A stretch of DNA of 64,000 nt from Candidatus Omnitrophota bacterium (GCA_003598135.1 QZKA01000026.1:11258-75257); one strand, 5' to 3'. Positions 45,331 through 56,595 are shown, counted from the first letter of the stretch. Translations and numbers: made by a program. Notes: generated by a model not told the origin, from the letters alone.

Positions 45331-46968
45331 TTAATACATTCCTCCCATTCCTCCCATCCCGCCTCCTGGCGGCATAGGCGGCATTTTTTCGTCCTTTTCA
45401 GGCTTATCCGTGATGAGCGCCTCAGTAGTAAGCAGAAGCGCAGCAATGCTGGCTGCATTCTGTAAAGCGCTACGGGTAACCTTAGTGGGGTCAATCACAC
45501 CCGCCTGTATCATATCCACATACGCATCCTGGGATACATCGTAGCCTATGTTAGTCTTCTCCTGCTTTACTCGCTGTACCACTACGGAACCCTCGAGCCC
45601 GGCATTCCCTGCAATCTGGCGAATCGGCTCTTCCAGCGACCTTTTAATTATATCGACACCGATCTTTTCATCGCCTTCTATTTTTAGTTTCTCAAGTGAA
45701 GCAATGGCACGAAGGAGAGCAACGCCGCCTCCGGGAATAATCCCCTCTTCTGCGGCTGCGCGTGTTGCATGAAGCGCATCTTCTACCCGGGCTTTCTTTT
45801 CTTTCATTTCGGTTTCTGTTGCTGCGCCCACATTGATAACCGCAACTCCTCCGGCCAATTTGGCCAGCCTTTCCTGGAGCTTCTCTTTATCGTAGTCGGA
45901 ATCGCTGGTTTCAACCTGTTTTTTGATCTGGGCAATCCGTGCGTTAATCGCCTGGGTCTTACCTGCGCCTTCAACAATCGTAGTATTTTCCTTATCTATC
46001 TTTACCCGCTTTGCCCGGCCGAGATCCTCAGTATCCACATTCTCAAGTTTGATGCCAAGGTCTTCGGTAATGGCTTTTCCACCGGTCAGTACCGCGATAT
46101 CCTCAAGCATGGCCTTACGCCTATCTCCGTATCCAGGAGCTTTCACTGCGCACGCAACAAAAGTCCCGCGGATCTTATTCACCACCAGCGTGGCTAAGGC
46201 CTCTCCTTCAACTTCTTCTGCAATGATAAGCAGGGGCTTTCCTGCACGAGCTATCTTCTCCAGAAGCGGAAGAATATCTTTAATTGCAGATATCTTTTTC
46301 TCATAGATGAGAATATAAGGATCTTCGAGCACTACTTCCATTCTTTCAGCATCAGTGACAAAATATGGCGAAAGGTATCCTTGGTCAAATTGCATCCCCT
46401 CCACAACCTCTTTTGTCGTTGCGGTAGATTTTGCCTCTTCAACGGTAATAACGCCGTCTTTACCGACGCTATCCATGGCTTCCGCAATAAGATCGCCGAT
46501 AGCGGCATCACAGTTGGCAGCTATTGAAGCAACCTGCGCAAATTCTTTCTTCTCTTTGATTGGAGTAGAAAGTTTTTTGAGTTCTTCAATTACCTTTTCT
46601 ACCGCCTTTTCGATTCCCCGCTTTAACGCCATGGGATTTGCTCCTGCAGTCACGTTCTTAAGGCCTTCCCGATAAATAGCCTCGGCCAAGATCGTCGCGG
46701 TAGTAGTCCCGTCGCCAGCAATATCCGAAGTCTTTTCAGCGACTTCCTTCACCATTTGGGCGCCCATATTCTCAAAAGGATCCTCTAGGTCTATTTCTTT
46801 TGCAACGGTTACACCGTCCTTGGTAATGGTTGGCGAACCAAACTTTTTGTCAATTACAACATTTCGGCCTTTAGGGCCAAGGGTCACCTTGACCGCAGCT
46901 GCCAATTGCTCTACGCCGCTTAAGATCTTTCTGCGGCCTTCATCCCTGAACAATAACTGTTTTGCCAT
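45331..46968 (-). CDS. groL: Chaperonin GroEL
   Basis: [22 protein letters not shown] tail. Confidence 0.99.
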   Translation of the reverse strand: MAKQLLFRDEGRRKILSGVEQLAAAVKVTLGPKGRNVVIDKKFGSPTITKDGVTVAKEIDLEDPFENMGAQMVKEVAEKTSDIAGDGTTTATILAEAIYREGLKNVTAGANPMALKRGIEKAVEKVIEELKKLSTPIKEKKEFAQVASIAANCDAAIGDLIAEAMDSVGKDGVITVEEAKSTATTKEVVEGMQFDQGYLSPYFVTDAERMEVVLEDPYILIYEKKISAIKDILPLLEKIARAGKPLLIIAEEVEGEALATLVVNKIRGTFVACAVKAPGYGDRRKAMLEDIAVLTGGKAITEDLGIKLENVDTEDLGRAKRVKIDKENTTIVEGAGKTQAINARIAQIKKQVETSDSDYDKEKLQERLAKLAGGVAVINVGAATETEMKEKKARVEDALHATRAAAEEGIIPGGGVALLRAIASLEKLKIEGDEKIGVDIIKRSLEEPIRQIAGNAGLEGSVVVQRVKQEKTNIGYDVSQDAYVDMIQAGVIDPTKVTRSALQNAASIAALLLTTEALITDKPEKDEKMPPMPPGGGMGGMGGMY

Positions 46969-46982
46969 GACTCCTCCTCTAA

Positions 46983-47273
46983 TTATTTTATAATTGCCAG
47001 GATATCCTCTTCCCTGACGATTAAAAGCTCTTCTCCATCTTTAGTGGTAAATTCATTGCCGGAATACTTACCGTACAATACCTTATCACCTGCTTTTACT
47101 TCCAGCGGTTGTAGGGTGCCGTTTTCCAGAATTTTTCCTTTTCCTACGGCAATCACTTCTCCCTGCTGGGGCTTCTCTTTGGCGGTATCAGGCAAAACAA
47201 TACCACCCTTGGTTTTATTCTCGGCTTCGAGCGGCTTTACCAGTACGCGATCACCAAGCGGATGGATCTTCAT
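46983..47273 (-). CDS. groS: Co-chaperonin GroES
   Basis: [21 protein letters not shown]. Confidence 0.98.
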   Translation of the reverse strand: MKIHPLGDRVLVKPLEAENKTKGGIVLPDTAKEKPQQGEVIAVGKGKILENGTLQPLEVKAGDKVLYGKYSGNEFTTKDGEELLIVREEDILAIIK

Positions 47274-47314
47274 TACTACACCTCCTTTAATTGTTTTGAT
47301 AGGTTATGTTGATT

Positions 47315-47368
47315 TTGGCACTCAAAATCATAGAGTGCTAATTTAAAACATTTTTTACGTATTGTCAA
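47315..47368 (-). promoter_or_regulatory. CIRCE (HrcA operator) and groES promoter
   Basis: TTAGCACTC-N9-GAGTGCCAA at 47341-47315; TTGACA-17-TAAATT. Confidence 0.9.
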
Positions 47369-47384
47369 GTATTTTTTTTAAAAT

Positions 47385-47624
47385 TTATTTTTCCTGGTCA
47401 ATCAAGGCAAGGACATCCGCAATATTCACTAAATCGCCCTCGCGGAAAAATATCTCAGCCAACACACCAGAGGCAGGGCTAGGTAAGTTAAACGCAGCTT
47501 TATCCGTAGTGAGCTCAACCAGATCATCTTTCTCACTAACCCTGTCCCCTGCTTTAAAAAACCAGTAAGAAACAGTTGCGCTCTTAATACCTTCGCCTAA
47601 CTCCGGCAAAATAACCTTCGTCAT
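47385..47624 (-). CDS. Stand-alone lipoyl-domain protein
   Basis: LPELGE, W..K.GD.V, ELTTDKA, PSP.SG. Confidence 0.88.
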   Translation of the reverse strand: MTKVILPELGEGIKSATVSYWFFKAGDRVSEKDDLVELTTDKAAFNLPSPASGVLAEIFFREGDLVNIADVLALIDQEK

Positions 47625-47686
47625 CGCCCCTCCCCCCCCCTGTTATTTACCGTCATTCTTGTCTGTTGCTTCTAAAAACGCTATCA

Positions 47687-48988
47687 CTATGTTTCTCTTA
47701 ATGACTCGGCAGTATTTTCGGACAAAGAGGGATGCGCAAAAAGCAAATCTCTGAAATGTTTCGCTTCAACGCGAGCCTGCACTGCAACCGTAAGGATACC
47801 GACGAGCTCGGTTGCACACGGACCTATTATCGATGCGCCAAGAATGCGGTCGGATTGCGTATCGGTCACTATCTTGATGAACCCTTCTGTTTCTCCCATA
47901 ATACGCGCCATCGCTGATCCGAGAAAATGAAAAACGCGCACCTCGGTATGGAGCGAGCGCTCTTTGGCTGTTTTTTCATTCAGGCCAACGCTCGCTACCT
48001 CAGGATGCGTAAAAATACAATTAGGGACATTTTCGTTCGCCGCTTTTTCTGAGGGTAAGCCTACCGTAATATTCAACGCCGCAATGCGCGCCTGATACGC
48101 AGCAAAATGCGCCAACATGTTTATGCCAGTACAATCTCCGGCCGCATAGACGTTATGCACGGTAGTCCTTAGATACTCATCTACAATAATCCTGCCTTTA
48201 TCGGTCTTGATCCCCGCAGAATCTAAACCAAGCCCGAAAATCCGCGGCTTCCTGCCTACACATACCAATACAGTTTCGTACGCACGCAGATCATACCCGC
48301 CGTGCCCGGCTTGAGTAATTACTTCTATCCCTCTCTTTTTAAAAGAAGTTTCCAGTTTACGCGCAACTTCGGAATCCTCTTGAGGCAACAGTTGAGGCAT
48401 TGCTTCTCTTATGGTAACTCGAGAGCCCAACAAAGAAAAAAGAGAAGCAAACTCGCACCCGATTACCCCTCCTCCGACGATCAACAAGGAAGCAGGGATA
48501 TTTTCATACGATAAGATATCATTGCTGGAAACGATTTTCTTCCCGTCAAACTTCAAACCCTCGCATTCTGCGGGCTCTGAACCACAGGCAATAAGCAATG
48601 TGCGGCCGTTAAGCTTCTTGTCTTTTAGTTTGACTGTATCGGGCGAGACAAGCTCTGCCCTTGATTTAAAACACTCTACCCCTTTTAGCCTCAGCTCTAT
48701 GCCTTTTCTTAGTTGTTCGATAATTCTGTCTTTTCTGCTGAGAACCGCCTTAAAATTAACCCGGGGGCATCCGTCGATCTCTACCCCGAATGCGCTCGCA
48801 TCTTTTATGCCTTTGAGGACTTTTGAAGACTGTATCAGGACCTTGGTAGGGATACATCCCAGATTGAGACAGGTGCCGCCAAGGCTTTCCTGCTCAATAA
48901 GTGCAACCTTCAAGCCTTTTCTCTGCGCAGCAATCGCCGCATTGAATCCGGCCCAACCAGCTCCTATCACGATAAGATCGTATGCCAT
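47687..48988 (-). CDS. lpdA: Dihydrolipoyl dehydrogenase
   Basis: GAG..G, GGTCLN.GCIPTK, GGG.IG.E, HPSLSE. Confidence 0.92.
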   Translation of the reverse strand: MAYDLIVIGAGWAGFNAAIAAQRKGLKVALIEQESLGGTCLNLGCIPTKVLIQSSKVLKGIKDASAFGVEIDGCPRVNFKAVLSRKDRIIEQLRKGIELRLKGVECFKSRAELVSPDTVKLKDKKLNGRTLLIACGSEPAECEGLKFDGKKIVSSNDILSYENIPASLLIVGGGVIGCEFASLFSLLGSRVTIREAMPQLLPQEDSEVARKLETSFKKRGIEVITQAGHGGYDLRAYETVLVCVGRKPRIFGLGLDSAGIKTDKGRIIVDEYLRTTVHNVYAAGDCTGINMLAHFAAYQARIAALNITVGLPSEKAANENVPNCIFTHPEVASVGLNEKTAKERSLHTEVRVFHFLGSAMARIMGETEGFIKIVTDTQSDRILGASIIGPCATELVGILTVAVQARVEAKHFRDLLFAHPSLSENTAESLRET

Positions 48989-48998
48989 TATGATAAAA

Positions 48999-49916
48999 TT
49001 AAGGTATCCGGGTGATCAGCGCCCGTAAGGATTCGGCGGATTGAGTGAGTGCCGCGGTTTCGGAACCGTTCAATTTAAGCTCAATAATTTTTTCTATCCC
49101 ACTTCCCCCTAAAAGGCAAGGGACACCAATACACACGTTTTTCAGGCCGTATTCACCCTGAAGGAGCGCTGAAACACCTATCGTGCGCTTCTGGTCCTTT
49201 GCGATGGCTGAAACCAGCTCAGCCACGCAAAGAGAAGGGGCAAAATAAGCGCTCCCGGTCCCGAGAAAGCTGACGATTTCTTTACCACGTTCCTTTGTCC
49301 TCTGAAGGAGGCTTTGCACTTGTTTATCGTCGAGAAATTCATCCAGCGCTATCCCCTTGACATACGTAAACCTCGGCAGAGGAAGCATGCTCTCTCCGTG
49401 GGTGCCGATAACCGTAGTCTCGATATCTCTGGATGAAACCGCCACTGCCTGGCTGATCAAATTCCTGAACCGTGCTGCATCAAGGCTAGGACCCATGCCA
49501 AACACCTTAGACGGGAAAAAGGCGGTATAGCGCAATACCAGATACGTCATCACATCCAAAGGGTTGGTGACGACTATCACGATTGAACGGGGAGCATGTT
49601 TCTTAATCGCTAAGGAAAGGTCCTTTACGATATGGGCGTTTTTATCGAGCAACTCTTCTCTGGTCATGCCGGGCTTACGGGCAAATCCAGCAGTAATCAC
49701 GACAATGTCTGAATCGCGCAACGCAGAAATATCATCGCTTGCAGTCATATGATAGGGAACCCCTAAATGCGCGCAGGCATCTTCCAGGTCAAGTGCTTTT
49801 CCCTTTGCCAATGCACCTGCAACATCCAGAAGCACTACCTCGCCCAAGCCCTCCCTTACGATATGAAAAGCGGCAAGCGAACCAACATTTCCGGCGCCGA
49901 CAATACTGATTTTCAT
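48999..49916 (-). CDS. mdh: Malate dehydrogenase (LDH-like)
   Basis: GAGNVG, TAG.ARKPGMTR, VTNPLD, GSAYFAP. Confidence 0.92.
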   Translation of the reverse strand: MKISIVGAGNVGSLAAFHIVREGLGEVVLLDVAGALAKGKALDLEDACAHLGVPYHMTASDDISALRDSDIVVITAGFARKPGMTREELLDKNAHIVKDLSLAIKKHAPRSIVIVVTNPLDVMTYLVLRYTAFFPSKVFGMGPSLDAARFRNLISQAVAVSSRDIETTVIGTHGESMLPLPRFTYVKGIALDEFLDDKQVQSLLQRTKERGKEIVSFLGTGSAYFAPSLCVAELVSAIAKDQKRTIGVSALLQGEYGLKNVCIGVPCLLGGSGIEKIIELKLNGSETAALTQSAESLRALITRIP

Positions 49917-49923
49917 TGCATCC

Positions 49924-51015
49924 CTATTTTGAACAAATTAATTCATGAATTACGGCATCCGCCATCTGCTGCGTACCCACAGAAGTCGGATCATCGGGGC
50001 TTGGTTTTAAATCGTAGGTAACCGACTCCCCTTTCGCAATTACGCTTTTCACTGCCGACTCTAAGCCGTCTGCGGCAGCCTCTTCTTTAAGGTACCTTAA
50101 CATAAGGACTCCGGAAAGAATCATTGCGGTCGGATTAACTTTATTTTTACCGGCGTATTTCGGCGCTGACCCATGCACCGCTTCGAAAACCGCGATACCG
50201 TTGCCGATATTTGCCCCAGGGGCAATACCTAAGCCTCCCACCAATCCTGCACAGAGGTCAGATAGTATATCCCCGTAAAGGTTGGGCAACACAAGCACAT
50301 CGAAATTCTTGGGCTTCTGCACGAGCTGCATCGCCATATTGTCAACGATTGCCTCTTCAAACAACACCTTATTCGAATATTCTTTTGCGACTTCGCGGCC
50401 GGCCTTTAAAAATAGCCCGTCGGTGAATTTCATGATATTGGCCTTGTGCACGATGGTCACTTTCTTCCTCTTGTTATGTAAGGCATACTCAAACGCAAAC
50501 CGCACGATGCGTTCCGAAGCAAATTTAGAGATGGGCTTAATCGAAATACCCGAATCCTGCCTGATCTTCTTATCCTGAAGTTTTGAGATCTCAGAAATAA
50601 GCTGCAGGGTCTTAGGTAGCCCTTCCTGGAATTCTATGCCCGCGTATAAATCTTCGCTGTTCTCCCTGATCACCACCAGGTCAATATCCCGATAATATGA
50701 CTTGACCCCTTGATAAAATTTTGCTGGCCGCACGCACGCATACAAATCAAGGGCATGCCGAATCGCAACATTCACAGACCGGAATCCTTCGCCGATCGGG
50801 GTAATAATAGGGCCTTTTAATGCGACCTTGTTTTTCCTTATTGAATCGAGTGTGCGCTTAGGCAAAAGTTCCCCGTATTTCTCGTGGGCGCACTGACCGG
50901 CCTCTGCCTCTTCCCAGTCGATTTTGACTCCGGTTGCCTCAATGCACCTTTTTGCCGCAAGACTTACCTCAGGCCCAATACCATCTCCAGGAATAAGAGT
51001 AATTGAATGCAGCAT
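49924..51015 (-). CDS. Isocitrate/isopropylmalate dehydrogenase family (probably IDH)
   Basis: [44 protein letters not shown]. Confidence 0.88.
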   Translation of the reverse strand: MLHSITLIPGDGIGPEVSLAAKRCIEATGVKIDWEEAEAGQCAHEKYGELLPKRTLDSIRKNKVALKGPIITPIGEGFRSVNVAIRHALDLYACVRPAKFYQGVKSYYRDIDLVVIRENSEDLYAGIEFQEGLPKTLQLISEISKLQDKKIRQDSGISIKPISKFASERIVRFAFEYALHNKRKKVTIVHKANIMKFTDGLFLKAGREVAKEYSNKVLFEEAIVDNMAMQLVQKPKNFDVLVLPNLYGDILSDLCAGLVGGLGIAPGANIGNGIAVFEAVHGSAPKYAGKNKVNPTAMILSGVLMLRYLKEEAAADGLESAVKSVIAKGESVTYDLKPSPDDPTSVGTQQMADAVIHELICSK

Positions 51016-51017
51016 AA

Positions 51018-51518
51018 TTAAAGCGTTAGCCCTCCGCGCTTTTTGACATAATTCACCACGCCTCCCTCTGAGAGTATCTTTTGCATAAACTGAGGCAGGG
51101 GCTTAATCGGCAAAGAAGCTCCTGTGGTGCTATTAACTATCGCGCCCTTGTCTAGGTCGATATCCAGCGCATCATTATCAGCTATCTTATCGGTGTCGGT
51201 TTCGACCAGCAATAAACCGATATTGAAGCTGTTACGGTAAAATATGCGCGCAAAATTCTTAGCCAGCACCGCGACGATGCCCGATGCCTTGATAACCAAA
51301 GGTGCCTGCTCCCTGGAAGACCCCATGCCAAAATTCTTCCCTGCCACCAGTACCGTTTCTGACGGAACAATCTTTTTTGAAAAGCCAGGGTCAATATCTT
51401 CCATAATATGTTTTGCCAATTCATTGATGTCGGTAATAGAAAACTTATACCGGCCGGATATAATAAAATCCGTATTTATATTATCTCCTAACTTCAAGGC
51501 CTTGCCTTCTATTTTCAT
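51018..51518 (-). CDS. leuD: 3-isopropylmalate dehydratase/homoaconitase small subunit
   Basis: [22 protein letters not shown]. Confidence 0.85.
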   Translation of the reverse strand: MKIEGKALKLGDNINTDFIISGRYKFSITDINELAKHIMEDIDPGFSKKIVPSETVLVAGKNFGMGSSREQAPLVIKASGIVAVLAKNFARIFYRNSFNIGLLLVETDTDKIADNDALDIDLDKGAIVNSTTGASLPIKPLPQFMQKILSEGGVVNYVKKRGGLTL

Positions 51519-52561
51519 AAATTTTTAAATTCTTCCGGATTCTTTGCCTTTGACATCGCCACATCAAGGCTTATAAGCCCCTTCTGGAATAATTCTTTTA
51601 GTGATTTATCCATGGTCTTCATGCCGAACTGGCTGCCGGTCTGCATAAGCGTTGGTATCTGTTCAATCTCCTGCTCGCGGATGAGATTCCTGATCGCGGG
51701 GGTTCCGACCATTATTTCGCATGCCATTACGCGCCCCTTACCTGCAGACTTCGGAAGCAATAGCTGTGACATAACGCCTTGAAGGCAATCGGCAAGCTGT
51801 AATTTTACCTGCTGCTGCTGATGCGGTGGGAATACGTCAATAATCCTCTCGATAGTCTGAGGGGCGTCGGGCGTATGAAGGGTTGCCAGCACCAAATGGC
51901 CTGTCTCTGCGGCAGTAAGGGTAGTAGAAATAGTTTCCAGATCACGCATCTCTCCGACCACGATAACATTGGGATCCTGCCTGAGCGCATGCTTTAACGC
52001 GTCCGCAAACGAATGGGTGTCGGAATATACCTCTCTTTGCTTGATAATGCTTTTTTTATTCGAATGCACGAATTCTATAGGGTCCTCGATACACATGATC
52101 ATACTCTCTCTCTCCCTATTAATAAGATCAAGCATCGCAGCGAGAGTAGTAGTTTTGCCCACGCCGGTCGGTCCGGTCACCAACACCAAGCCGTTTGGCT
52201 TACGGGCAAGGTCCAGGGCGATCGAAGGCAGCCCTAATTCATCAATGCCGGGTATCTTAAGCGGGACACGTCTAAACGCGCCCTCCACCGAACCCCTCTG
52301 CATATGGATGTTTACCCTGAAACGGTCCATTCCGGGGAAGGTAACGGAAAAATCGAGCTCTAGAGCCCTTTCGAATATTTCCTTCTGCGTATCGGTCAAT
52401 AAACCATAAATCATCCTCTTTAACACGTCCCTTGACAATACCAAGTAATCGAGCCGTATAAGCTTACCATCGATACGCAACACAGGAGGCTCCTTCTCGG
52501 TAAGGTGCAAATCAGACGCCTTGTTTTCAATACACAGAAGCAATAATTCTCTTATCTCCAT
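51515..52561 (-). CDS. pilT: Type IV pilus retraction ATPase
   Basis: ASDLH, GPTGVGKTTT, EDPIE, LRQDP, GEMRD, TGHLV..TLH, AIRNLIRE. Confidence 0.93.
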   Translation of the reverse strand: MEIRELLLLCIENKASDLHLTEKEPPVLRIDGKLIRLDYLVLSRDVLKRMIYGLLTDTQKEIFERALELDFSVTFPGMDRFRVNIHMQRGSVEGAFRRVPLKIPGIDELGLPSIALDLARKPNGLVLVTGPTGVGKTTTLAAMLDLINRERESMIMCIEDPIEFVHSNKKSIIKQREVYSDTHSFADALKHALRQDPNVIVVGEMRDLETISTTLTAAETGHLVLATLHTPDAPQTIERIIDVFPPHQQQQVKLQLADCLQGVMSQLLLPKSAGKGRVMACEIMVGTPAIRNLIREQEIEQIPTLMQTGSQFGMKTMDKSLKELFQKGLISLDVAMSKAKNPEEFKNL

Positions 52562-52572
52562 GCAGACCTCCC

Positions 52573-53847
52573 TTATAGATACTTTCTCGGGTCAGTGATT
52601 CTGCCTTCTATGGCTGAGGCGGCAACCGTTGCTGGTGAGGCAAGATAGATAAAAGCAGCAGGGTTGCCCATTCTTCCTTTAAAATTCCTGTTTGCTGTAG
52701 AAATCACTACTTCGTTGTCGGCGGGTATCCCGTTATGCGTACCGACGCAAGGACCGCACCCGCAAGCTACTACCACTGCCCCGGCTTTAATAAACGTTTC
52801 CAACAGCCCTTCTTTGATTGAATCCAATAAAATTGTGCGCGAAGCAGGCGCAACTATCAATTTAACACCCTGCCCAACTTTTCTTCCCTTAAGAATAGCG
52901 GCGGCGATCCTTAAGTCTGATAATCTTCCGTTTGTACAGGTACCGATAAACGCCTCATTTATTTTTATCTTCTTCAAAGACCCTGCGGCGACAACCGTAT
53001 CGACACTGTGCGGAACCGAGACCTGCGGTGTAAGGCGCGAGATATCAAATTCTTTTATCTGCGCATACACGGCTCCTGCATCTGCAGTCACCGGTTTCAA
53101 TTTTGAGGCCGCCACTTTCGTATACCTACGGTACCACTGGAATGTCTTTTTATCCAGGGGCATGAAGCCCGCCTTAGCCCCCATCTCAACAACCATATTA
53201 CATATAGTAAATCTTCCGTCCATATCGAGACGGTCAATCACGGGCCCGTAAAATTCAATTGCTTTGTAGGTCGCGCCATCCGAGCCTACCGTACCGATAA
53301 TATGCAGAATGATATCCTTGGCAAATATCCCATTCGGTATTTTGCCTTTTACGATGATCTTTATTGTTTCGGGGACCTTAAACCACGTCTTTGCGGTCGC
53401 CAACGCAACCGCCAGATCGGTAGAACCGACTCCGGTTGAAAAGGCCCCGAGCGCGCCATACGTACAGGTATGTGAATCTGCGCCAAGCACGAGGCTCCCC
53501 GGAAGGATATGTCCTGATTCGGGTATCACCTGATGGCATACGCCACAGCCTATATCAAATAACCCCGCCGTATATTCAGAAGCAAACTCGCGCATCTTTT
53601 TGTGTACGCCCGAAACGCCTTCATTCGGCGACGGTGCGCTATGATCAATAACCATGCAAAAATTTGCCTTTAACTTTGTACGGCCCAGCTCGCGTATGCG
53701 GTCGATAATTATGGAAGAGGTGCCGTCCTGACCAAACGTAAAATCAACATTGCCTATTGCCAGGTCGCCAGCCCTCAGTATCTTCCCCGCGTGGGCGCTT
53801 AATACCTTCTCTGCTGTCGTAAGGCCCTTTAAAGGCACTTTACCCAT
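52573..53847 (-). CDS. leuC: 3-isopropylmalate dehydratase/homoaconitase large subunit
   Basis: DSHTCTYGA, GTCTNGR, CGPC, STANRNFKGRMG. Confidence 0.85.
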   Translation of the reverse strand: MGKVPLKGLTTAEKVLSAHAGKILRAGDLAIGNVDFTFGQDGTSSIIIDRIRELGRTKLKANFCMVIDHSAPSPNEGVSGVHKKMREFASEYTAGLFDIGCGVCHQVIPESGHILPGSLVLGADSHTCTYGALGAFSTGVGSTDLAVALATAKTWFKVPETIKIIVKGKIPNGIFAKDIILHIIGTVGSDGATYKAIEFYGPVIDRLDMDGRFTICNMVVEMGAKAGFMPLDKKTFQWYRRYTKVAASKLKPVTADAGAVYAQIKEFDISRLTPQVSVPHSVDTVVAAGSLKKIKINEAFIGTCTNGRLSDLRIAAAILKGRKVGQGVKLIVAPASRTILLDSIKEGLLETFIKAGAVVVACGCGPCVGTHNGIPADNEVVISTANRNFKGRMGNPAAFIYLASPATVAASAIEGRITDPRKYL

Positions 53848-55001
53848 TCTTCAATCCTGTTCATTCCTGACTCTATCTGCTTCAGGCCTGTTGCAAAGCT
53901 AATCCGGACATAATCATCCCTGCCAAACGCATCGCCCGGAATTAATGCAACAAGGGCTTCGTCAAGTAACCGGCTCGCAAACACAGCAGAAGAAAGCTTG
54001 GTCCGAGAAATATCGCAGAATACATAGAATGCGCCCTGAGGCATTACGAATCTTATTTTTTTAATTGCCTGCAGCCGGTTCGCGATATAATCCCGCCTTT
54101 TCTGGAATTCTTCGGCCATGAACTTGGTAAACTCATCAGACATCCCTAGTGCGGCCACTGCTGCTTTCTGGCTTATGGAACAGGGATTGGAAGTCGAGTG
54201 ATCCTGAAGTTTTGAAATTGCCTCAATTATATCAACGGGCGCCCCCAGATATCCAATACGCCAGCCCGTCATTGAGAAGCTCTTAGAAAGACCGTTTACT
54301 GTTACTGTCAGATTATAAATTTCTTTCCCCAGTGACCCGATAGAAACGTGCGTGAGGCCTTCGTAGATCAAATTCTCGTAAATCTCGTCGCTGAGCACGA
54401 ATATCTTTTTTGACACGCACAAAGCGGCTAATTCCTGCAGTTCCTCTTTTAGGTAAACGCTGCCCGTGGGATTGGAAGGACTATTAAGCACCAGGAGTTT
54501 TGTTTTCTGGCTAATATGCGCTTGCAGTTCTTGAGGAGAAAGCTTGAAATTATTCTCGGCAGTAGTCTTAATAAAACGGGGGATGCCCTCACATACGCGC
54601 ACCATCTCTGGATAACTCACCCAGAACGGCGAAGGGATAAGGACTTCGTCTCCCGCGTTAATCAATGCAAGCATCGCGTTGAAAATAGAATGCTTGGCTC
54701 CTGAAGAAACAACTATTTGGTTTGGTTCGTAATCGAGCGAATTTGTCTTAAATTTTGCGCAAATGAGCTGTTTTAGCTCGGGGATTCCCGTGGTAGGGGT
54801 ATATTTGGTAAAACCCGACTTGATTGCTTCTATAGCCTTCTCTTTTATTGCATCAGGAGTATCAAAATCAGGCTCGCCCGCAGCAAAATTAATAACGTCC
54901 TTACCTTCGGATTTGAGCTTCTTGGCTTTAGAGGTAATGGCGAGAGTTGAGGAAGGATGGATCTTCTTTACTCTTTCTGATACTCTTGTTTCTATACGCA
55001 T
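53829..55001 (-). CDS. PLP-dependent aminotransferase class I (aspartate aminotransferase-like)
   Basis: GEPDF, NSPSNPTG, DEIY, SKSFSMTGWRIGY; start taken at MRIET. Confidence 0.9.
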   Translation of the reverse strand: MRIETRVSERVKKIHPSSTLAITSKAKKLKSEGKDVINFAAGEPDFDTPDAIKEKAIEAIKSGFTKYTPTTGIPELKQLICAKFKTNSLDYEPNQIVVSSGAKHSIFNAMLALINAGDEVLIPSPFWVSYPEMVRVCEGIPRFIKTTAENNFKLSPQELQAHISQKTKLLVLNSPSNPTGSVYLKEELQELAALCVSKKIFVLSDEIYENLIYEGLTHVSIGSLGKEIYNLTVTVNGLSKSFSMTGWRIGYLGAPVDIIEAISKLQDHSTSNPCSISQKAAVAALGMSDEFTKFMAEEFQKRRDYIANRLQAIKKIRFVMPQGAFYVFCDISRTKLSSAVFASRLLDEALVALIPGDAFGRDDYVRISFATGLKQIESGMNRIEEWVKCL

Positions 55002-55014
55002 AACGCATAAAGAG

Positions 55015-55590
55015 TTATAAAGAGTCTCTCTCTTTTTTGAAAATATTCTTGATGCCGCCAAGGAACTTTTTCGGTATTTTCTTAACAGGCGGCCTCTCCT
55101 TTACTTCAGCCGAGGTGTGGGGCTTTTTCTCTTCATGAAGGGCCTGTGTCTTGGATTCCACTTTCTGGGTCGAATCTGCGGCCGGCTGCTCTAGCTTACT
55201 TTCCTTCTGTTTCTTGGCCTTTTTTGGTTTCTGTGTATGTTCAGTGAGTTCAAAAATAGCCAGAGAAGCATTATCGCCCCTGCGTAGGCCAAGCCTTACA
55301 ATCCTAGTATACCCGCCAGCCCTATTTTTGAACAGTGGGCCGATTTCTCTGAATAGGCGCCCTACCAGTGCATGATCGACGAGGATTGCAAACGCACGCC
55401 TTCGCGCCGCTAACGTATCTGCCTTGGCTAGCGTAATAAGCCTTTCCGCCAGAGGTCTGGCTGCATGCGCCCTTGTAACGGTAGTCCGTATACGCTGATG
55501 ACGCAGCAGGTTTTTTGCAAGGGCTATAATCGTCGCTTTGCGCCAGCTTGTGAAACGACTTAACTGGAATCTTTTTTTGCGATGTCTCAT
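55015..55590 (-). CDS. rplQ: 50S ribosomal protein L17 with C-terminal extension
   Basis: MRHR, GGYTRI, R.GDNA. Confidence 0.96.
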   Translation of the reverse strand: MRHRKKRFQLSRFTSWRKATIIALAKNLLRHQRIRTTVTRAHAARPLAERLITLAKADTLAARRRAFAILVDHALVGRLFREIGPLFKNRAGGYTRIVRLGLRRGDNASLAIFELTEHTQKPKKAKKQKESKLEQPAADSTQKVESKTQALHEEKKPHTSAEVKERPPVKKIPKKFLGGIKNIFKKERDSL

Positions 55591-55605
55591 GTAATATCCT
55601 TATGC

Positions 55606-56595
55606 TTATACCTTTTTGAGTTTTTTCTGATCGACTTTAATCCCCAGACTAAGCCCCATGCCGGCAACCAGTTCCTTAATTTCGACTAATGATTTTTTTC
55701 CGAAATTCTTGAATCCAAGAAGTTCGTCCTCAGGCTTCTTTACAAGGTCGGCGATGGTCTTGATATTTGCTTCGCGTAAACAATTGGAACTGCGGACGGA
55801 GAGTTCAAGTTCAGAAATCGGAAGTCTTAACTTCTCATACAACGCACGCTCCTCTTTAGTCATCTCGGGCTCTTCCTCTTCTTCTTCGGGCAATTGGCCA
55901 AAATTCACGAAGATATCAAGGTGCCGCTGGAAAATGTTAGAGGCATATAGCAATGCATCTTTCGGACTGATTGAACCGTTAGTAACAACCTCAAGAATCA
56001 ACTTGTCATAATCGGTCTTTTGCCCCACGCGGGTGTTTTCCACATTATGGGTTACCCTTTTTACAGGGCTAAAGAGCGAATCAATAGGTATTACCCCTAT
56101 GGGCTGATCCTCTTTTTTATTCAATTCCTGAGGCACATAACCCCTTCCTCGGGAAACCTCCATCTCCATGTAAAACTTGACGTCTTTGGTAAGAGTGGCA
56201 ATATGCAACTCCGGGTTGATCACCTCTACCGTCTCGTCGGTTTCGATATCTGCTGCCTTGATATCGCCTTTCTTTTCTTTTTTGATGATGAGCGTCTTAG
56301 GGATTCGCGAATGCGACCTTAAGATAAGGCTCTTGATGTTCAGAATTATCTCAGGGACATCCTCCACAACGCCGGGAACAGTAGAAAACTCGTGTTGGAC
56401 GCCATTTATTTTTATTGACGTTACCGCGCTGCCTTCAATGGATGAAAGTAACACCCTTCTCAAGGAATTCCCTATCGTAACACCATAGCCCCTTTCGAAA
56501 GGAGAAGCAAAGAATTTACCATATGTAGCAGTGTAAGACGCTTCATCGCATTCCAGCCTTTTCGGTAACTGAAAATCTCTCCATTTTATTCCCAT
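55606..56595 (-). CDS. rpoA: RNA polymerase alpha subunit
   Basis: ERGYG.T.GN.LRR.LLSS, LSVRS.NCL, NFGKKS. Confidence 0.98.
   Translation of the reverse strand: MGIKWRDFQLPKRLECDEASYTATYGKFFASPFERGYGVTIGNSLRRVLLSSIEGSAVTSIKINGVQHEFSTVPGVVEDVPEIILNIKSLILRSHSRIPKTLIIKKEKKGDIKAADIETDETVEVINPELHIATLTKDVKFYMEMEVSRGRGYVPQELNKKEDQPIGVIPIDSLFSPVKRVTHNVENTRVGQKTDYDKLILEVVTNGSISPKDALLYASNIFQRHLDIFVNFGQLPEEEEEEPEMTKEERALYEKLRLPISELELSVRSSNCLREANIKTIADLVKKPEDELLGFKNFGKKSLVEIKELVAGMGLSLGIKVDQKKLKKV

Noticed and set aside
47627-47640. Poly-C/G tract as phase-variation site
   Set aside because: The 9-nt run is simply part of the G-rich RBS of the lipoyl-domain gene; no evidence of variation.
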